Below are positions 46,797 to 50,627 of a stretch of 50,627 bases of DNA, one piece after another (positions within the stretch are counted from its first letter, which is position 1; every line of letters starts with the position of its first letter). The stretch comes from an uncultured Bdellovibrionales bacterium (GTDB taxonomy: Bacteria > Myxococcota > XYA12-FULL-58-9 > CAYHNK01). A model generated the notes under the pieces. It had not been told where the DNA came from and ran no database searches. It saw nothing but the letters and a program-made list of their open reading frames with translations. The position numbers were made by a program, and so were the translations under genes. The stretch lies in NCBI GenBank assembly GCA_964357695.1, contig CAYHNK010000002.1:1-50627 (forward strand), written 5' to 3'.

Positions 46797-47222
46797 GTGA
46801 TGTTGAACCGGTCCCCGCAAACGCGTCGACGCTTTCTGCGCTGGCTCTCGGGTGCGGTGCTCGCGCTCATCATGCTGCCCGCGACGCGCGCGCGGGCCAG
46901 AAAGATCGCCATACCCCTCGGCAAAGTGGAGAAGCTGCAGAAGGTCGGCGGCTCGATGCTCGCGAAGATCAAGGGACGTGACGTGCTGCTGGTGCGCGAC
47001 AGCGAGAAGACCCTCCGCGCCATCAATCCGGTTTGTACGCACCAGAAGTGCACGGTGGCCTACAACCCCGAGACCAAACACTTGCACTGCCCTTGCCACA
47101 AATCGGCCTACACGCTCGACGGCGTGGTGCTCGAAGGACCCGCGCCCAAGCCGTTGCAGATCTATCCCACCGACTTCGATGGTCAGCGCGTCGTGCTCGA
47201 CCTCCCGGAGCCGACACCATGA
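46797..47222 (+). CDS. Rieske (2Fe-2S) protein with twin-arginine signal
   Basis: TRRRFLRW Tat motif. CTHQKC ... CPCHKS Rieske ligands. Confidence 0.85.
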   Translation: MMLNRSPQTRRRFLRWLSGAVLALIMLPATRARARKIAIPLGKVEKLQKVGGSMLAKIKGRDVLLVRDSEKTLRAINPVCTHQKCTVAYNPETKHLHCPCHKSAYTLDGVVLEGPAPKPLQIYPTDFDGQRVVLDLPEPTP

Positions 47223-47803
47223 CGAACCTCGCCGCAGCGGCCTTTTTGCTCACCGCCTTCGTCACACTTGGCAGCGGCGATGTCGGCGTGACAGCCGAAA
47301 CGAACGAAGCGCCCGCGGACGCCGTTGAAGAGCTGGACTCCCTCGACGAAGTGGCCGCGCCAACCGCACCGACGCTGCCGCAGGTCCTCGGCCGGATGCA
47401 TTCTGCCGTCGTGCACTTCCCCATCGCCTGGCTGCCGCTCTTGCTGCTGGCCGAGTGGCTGGTGCTCACCGGCCGCCTCGCACACCCGTCATTGCTGCGC
47501 CCGTGGCTGCTGCTCGGCACGCTGGGCGCCTTCGTACCGGCGGCCATGACTGGGCTCTTGCGCCTGCGCGAGCTGCCGCAGGATGCGCCCTCGCTGAGCA
47601 CGGCGCTGCTGCACCGCAATCTCATGCTGTCCGCGTTCTTGCTGCTGCTACTGTCGCTGCCTTTGCGCGTGAAGCTCGCGCGGTGCGCCGTGTGCGGTCG
47701 ACGTCTCTACCTCGCGGCGCTCCTTGTCGCCACGGTGCTCGTAATGCTCGGCGGGCATCTGGGCGGGCGCCTGGTCTTCGGCGACGCCTATCTGCCGTTC
47801 TGA
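47219..47803 (+). CDS. DUF2231-domain membrane protein
   Basis: ATGA overlap with the Rieske gene. VVHFPIAWLPLLLL motif and four hydrophobic segments. Confidence 0.7.
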   Translation: MTNLAAAAFLLTAFVTLGSGDVGVTAETNEAPADAVEELDSLDEVAAPTAPTLPQVLGRMHSAVVHFPIAWLPLLLLAEWLVLTGRLAHPSLLRPWLLLGTLGAFVPAAMTGLLRLRELPQDAPSLSTALLHRNLMLSAFLLLLLSLPLRVKLARCAVCGRRLYLAALLVATVLVMLGGHLGGRLVFGDAYLPF

Positions 47804-48423
47804 CGCAACTCTGGTAGCAGCCTGGCTTCGGCAAAGCTGACATAGCGTCGCGCACCCGCGCCGGTCACCAGGTGATCGAGCACCGGGATGCCAACGAGGC
47901 GTCCGATCTCCACCAGACGTCGCGTGAGCGCCAGGTCCTCGCTCGATGGTTGCGGGTCTCCGGACGGGTGATTGTGCGCAATGACGACCGCGCTCGCCCG
48001 TTCGCGCAGCGCCGGAGCGAACACTTCACGCGCGTCCACGGCGCAACTATCGACGCTGCCCTCGGCCACCACGGTGACGAGCAACGGTCGGCTCTTGACG
48101 TCAAGGACCACGACGACGAAGCGCTCACGCGGCTCGCCGACGAGCAGCTGTTCGACACAGGCAAAGGCGGCATCGGGGGTGAGTATTCGCGCACGCGATT
48201 GTTGCGCAGCGGACACGCGACGGCCAAGCTCAACCGCGGCACGCAAGCGACGCACCTCGCGCGCCGAGAGACCCACTTCCCGCAGCTCGGCGTAGCCGCG
48301 TCGTGCGGCGGCGTACACGGAGGACCATCGCCCGACGATGGTCGCGGCACGGTCATGTCGGCGCTGTGCCGGGCCGGTGAGCAGCTCGGCGAGCAACGTC
48401 TGGTCCGAAATGCGAGACTGCAC
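47788..48423 (-). CDS. radC: RadC-family JAB/MPN-domain protein
   Basis: LSDQ-like TLLAELL N-terminus and HNHPSGDPQPSSEDL JAMM-like motif. GTG at 48423 was chosen to avoid running into the moaC promoter region. Confidence 0.85.
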   Translation of the reverse strand: MQSRISDQTLLAELLTGPAQRRHDRAATIVGRWSSVYAAARRGYAELREVGLSAREVRRLRAAVELGRRVSAAQQSRARILTPDAAFACVEQLLVGEPRERFVVVVLDVKSRPLLVTVVAEGSVDSCAVDAREVFAPALRERASAVVIAHNHPSGDPQPSSEDLALTRRLVEIGRLVGIPVLDHLVTGAGARRYVSFAEARLLPELRQNGR

Positions 48424-48543
48424 GTCGACCTCCTCGTGCAGTGAGAGAGCAAATTGCGCGCCAGCGCCGTCCCCGCTACAGAACACCGTAACGGGCCGCT
48501 TGTGTCGCAGCTTGCGACACGTCTGCGTGACGACGGAGGAGCG

Positions 48544-49038
48544 ATGGCCAGGCGAGCACAGCAAGCTCTCACCCATCTCGATGAGCGTGGCGCGATGCAC
48601 ATGGTCGACGTGGGGGACAAGCCGGCCACCCACCGCATGGCGATTGCCGAGGCCGAGGTGCACATGGGCGCGGCGGCGCGGCGAGCCCTCGCTTCAGGGG
48701 ATGTGCCGAAAGGCGACGCTCTGGCCGCAGCGCGCCTGGCGGGCATCCAGGCGGCCAAACGCACCGCGGAGCTCATCCCACTGTGCCACCCGTTGCCGCT
48801 GACCCACGTGTCGCTCGAGCTCGTCCCCCGACGCTTTGGCTACCTCGTGCGGGCCCGCACCGAGACCAGCGCACCCACCGGCGTAGAAATGGAAGCGCTC
48901 ACCGCGGTCACCGTGGCGGCACTCACTCTCTACGACATGCTCAAGGCGGTTGACCGCGCCATGCACATCGAGGGGGTCAAGCTACTGGAGAAGCGTGGCG
49001 GTCGCAGCGGACACTACGTACGACGCCCGCGTCAATAG
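48544..49038 (+). CDS. moaC: cyclic pyranopterin monophosphate synthase MoaC
   Basis: [17 protein letters not shown] ... IPLCHPLPL ... [11 protein letters not shown] ... LYDM.KAVD motifs. Confidence 0.93.
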   Translation: MARRAQQALTHLDERGAMHMVDVGDKPATHRMAIAEAEVHMGAAARRALASGDVPKGDALAAARLAGIQAAKRTAELIPLCHPLPLTHVSLELVPRRFGYLVRARTETSAPTGVEMEALTAVTVAALTLYDMLKAVDRAMHIEGVKLLEKRGGRSGHYVRRPRQ

Positions 49039-49041
49039 TCA

Positions 49042-49737
49042 TCAATCCGCAAAGATATAGCCCACGCCGTGCACCGTCTTGATGAGTCGAGGCGCCCGCG
49101 GATCGTCGCCGAGCTTTTGCCGCAGTCGAGAGATATGGACGTCGACGCTGCGCAGAGTGACGGTTGCGCTGCTGCGGCCCGCTCGCTCGAGTAACGTCTC
49201 GCGTGGCAGGACGACTCCGCGGCTGCGCAAGAGCGCCACCAGCAGATCGAGCTCGATGCCACTGAGGAGGAGTGGATCACCGTGGAGCGTGGCGGTACGG
49301 TCGCGCGGATGCACCTCGATGCCGTGTGCGGCGAGGACGCCTACGTCGCTCGCGGGACCCGCGCGACGCATCACTGCGCGTACGCGAGCCAAGAGCTCGC
49401 GCGGACTGAAGGGTTTCGCGATGTAGTCGTCGGCGCCGAGCTCGAGACCCAGGACCTTGTCGCTCTCGCTGTCGCGTCCCGTGAGCATCACGATTGGAAC
49501 GTTGTGGTGAGCACGAATGCGGCGCACGACCTCCAAGCCGTCGAGGCCGGGCATCATCACGTCGACGAGCACCGCGTCGCAGCGCTGACGCTCGAGAGCC
49601 GCGAGCCCCGCGACGCCATCGACCGCCTCGACGACGTCGATGAGGTGCAGCGCCAGGAAGCTACGCAATCTCGCGCGCAGATCTTCGTCATCGTCGATGA
49701 CGAGCACGCGTGCCTCGAAAGACACCTCCGGCGTCAT
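49042..49737 (-). CDS. OmpR-family response regulator
   Basis: REC domain (VLVIDDDEDL, DVMMPGLDG, KPF) plus winged-helix (VDVHISRLRQKL...TVHGVGYIF). ATGA overlap with the upstream gene. Confidence 0.9.
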   Translation of the reverse strand: MTPEVSFEARVLVIDDDEDLRARLRSFLALHLIDVVEAVDGVAGLAALERQRCDAVLVDVMMPGLDGLEVVRRIRAHHNVPIVMLTGRDSESDKVLGLELGADDYIAKPFSPRELLARVRAVMRRAGPASDVGVLAAHGIEVHPRDRTATLHGDPLLLSGIELDLLVALLRSRGVVLPRETLLERAGRSSATVTLRSVDVHISRLRQKLGDDPRAPRLIKTVHGVGYIFAD

Positions 49738-50627
49738 GACCCGTCCTTGGCGCGGTGGCGCTCGGGCAGCCGACCCCGCGCCGCAATCAGCTCGGCCAGC
49801 GCCCGGCTCAAACACTCGAGCTCCCGCTGTAGGTCGTCGTGCAGCGTCGCGGCCGTGCTCAGATCCCCCGCGGCACCGACCGCCTCCAGGGAGGCACACA
49901 GATCGCTTACCCGTTGTGCGCCGAGATACGCGGTCGTCGACTTGAAGGCGTGCGCTAGCTGTTCCACGGATGCCGCATCGCCACCCACGATGGCCGCGCC
50001 GAGCACCGCGACGCGCTCGGGCAACATGGCCAGCAGCTTGCTCGCGGTCGCCACGACCAAGGCATCGCCATCGACCGCCATCTGCCGCAAGTTGGCCAAC
50101 GCCTGGGGATCGAGCTCACACGCGACGGGCTCGTCATCGACCGGTCGTTCGTCGGCCATCGCCCGCACCAGTGCCTCGCGCAGCCGGCCGAGCGACAGAG
50201 GTTTGGTGACATAGTCGTTCATGCCCGCCGCGAGCGCTTGCTCCCGACGATCGGCCAAAGCCGCGGCGCTCAATCCGATGATAGGCACATGTCGCCGCGG
50301 CCCTGCGTGCTGGCGAATGATGCGCGTCGCCTCGCAGCCGTCGAGCTCCGGCATGTGACAGTCCATCAACACCGCAGCATACGGTCGCGCGGTGGCCGAG
50401 GCAACGACCGAGACACCGTCCCGCACCGCATCCGCATCGAAGCCGAAGTGCGCGAGAGCGGCCAGCACCACGCGACGGCTGACCTCGTCGTCCTCCGCGA
50501 CGAGGATCTGGGGTCGTGCGCGCGCGCGCGCGCGACAAATCGTGCCCCCCCCCCGCCGGGGCGCCACCGGCGCCCGGCCCCCAGGCGGCGCGGCGCGCAC
50601 GCCCAGCTCACCGCCCCCCCGTGGGGT
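49734..50627 (-). CDS. REC-HPt protein, probably the C-terminus of a hybrid sensor kinase (partial; frame open to the window edge)
   Basis: REC (ILVAEDDEVS, LMDCHMPELDG, KPL) followed by an HPt-like AHAFKSTTAYLGA. No in-frame stop lies between the first start codon (50600) and position 50627. Confidence 0.75.
   Translation of the reverse strand, partial: TPRGGGELGVRAAPPGGRAPVAPRRGGGTICRARARARPQILVAEDDEVSRRVVLAALAHFGFDADAVRDGVSVVASATARPYAAVLMDCHMPELDGCEATRIIRQHAGPRRHVPIIGLSAAALADRREQALAAGMNDYVTKPLSLGRLREALVRAMADERPVDDEPVACELDPQALANLRQMAVDGDALVVATASKLLAMLPERVAVLGAAIVGGDAASVEQLAHAFKSTTAYLGAQRVSDLCASLEAVGAAGDLSTAATLHDDLQRELECLSRALAELIAARGRLPERHRAKDGS

Overview
High-GC (individual 60-nt lines count roughly 65-75% GC) chromosomal segment that looks myxobacterial: it has a MYXO-CTERM sorting tail, MopE-like DNDGDG repeat proteins and GC3-rich codons. 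I found no rRNA, tRNA or CRISPR array. Three housekeeping blocks are clear. (1) 0-5.7 kb holds an NSS transporter, exbB-exbD-exbD and a CarboxypepD_reg/PDZ protein. (2) 32.0-38.0 kb holds the F1Fo ATP synthase genes b'/b-delta-alpha-gamma-beta-epsilon. (3) 45.9-50.6 kb holds SDR, Rieske+DUF2231, RadC, MoaC, an OmpR-type regulator and a REC-HPt protein that runs off the window. Between these blocks the DNA is a mosaic. The first accessory island (5.8-23.2 kb) carries five decayed IS91-family transposase relics and a 3.2-kb IS21-family element with identifiable ends and a 6-bp target duplication. It also carries mazEF, a Panacea(DUF4065)-antitoxin operon with an unassigned partner protein, and a radical-SAM/SPASM gene coupled to a lipoprotein. 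A 26-bp repeat family in this island precedes successive orphan genes, several of them visibly lower in GC. A 43-bp x4 tandem array, an 87-bp dispersed repeat, duplicated or truncated gene fragments, and a DUF2239/GIY-YIG pair complete it. 25.5-32 kb is a co-directional envelope operon: beta-barrel OMP, 14-repeat MopE-like lipoprotein and NHL propeller with MYXO-CTERM. A second accessory patch (38-45.9 kb) holds vapBC, a frame-disrupted AAA-ATPase+DUF4276 pair, a YD-repeat protein abutting an IS91 relic, and a HEPN/MNT pair. The most promising candidates for something undescribed are the Panacea operon's partner protein, the repeat-delimited orphan cassettes including the low-GC two-gene module at 14.4-15.7 kb, and the rSAM/lipoprotein pair. 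All family assignments are from motif recognition by eye, not from database searches.
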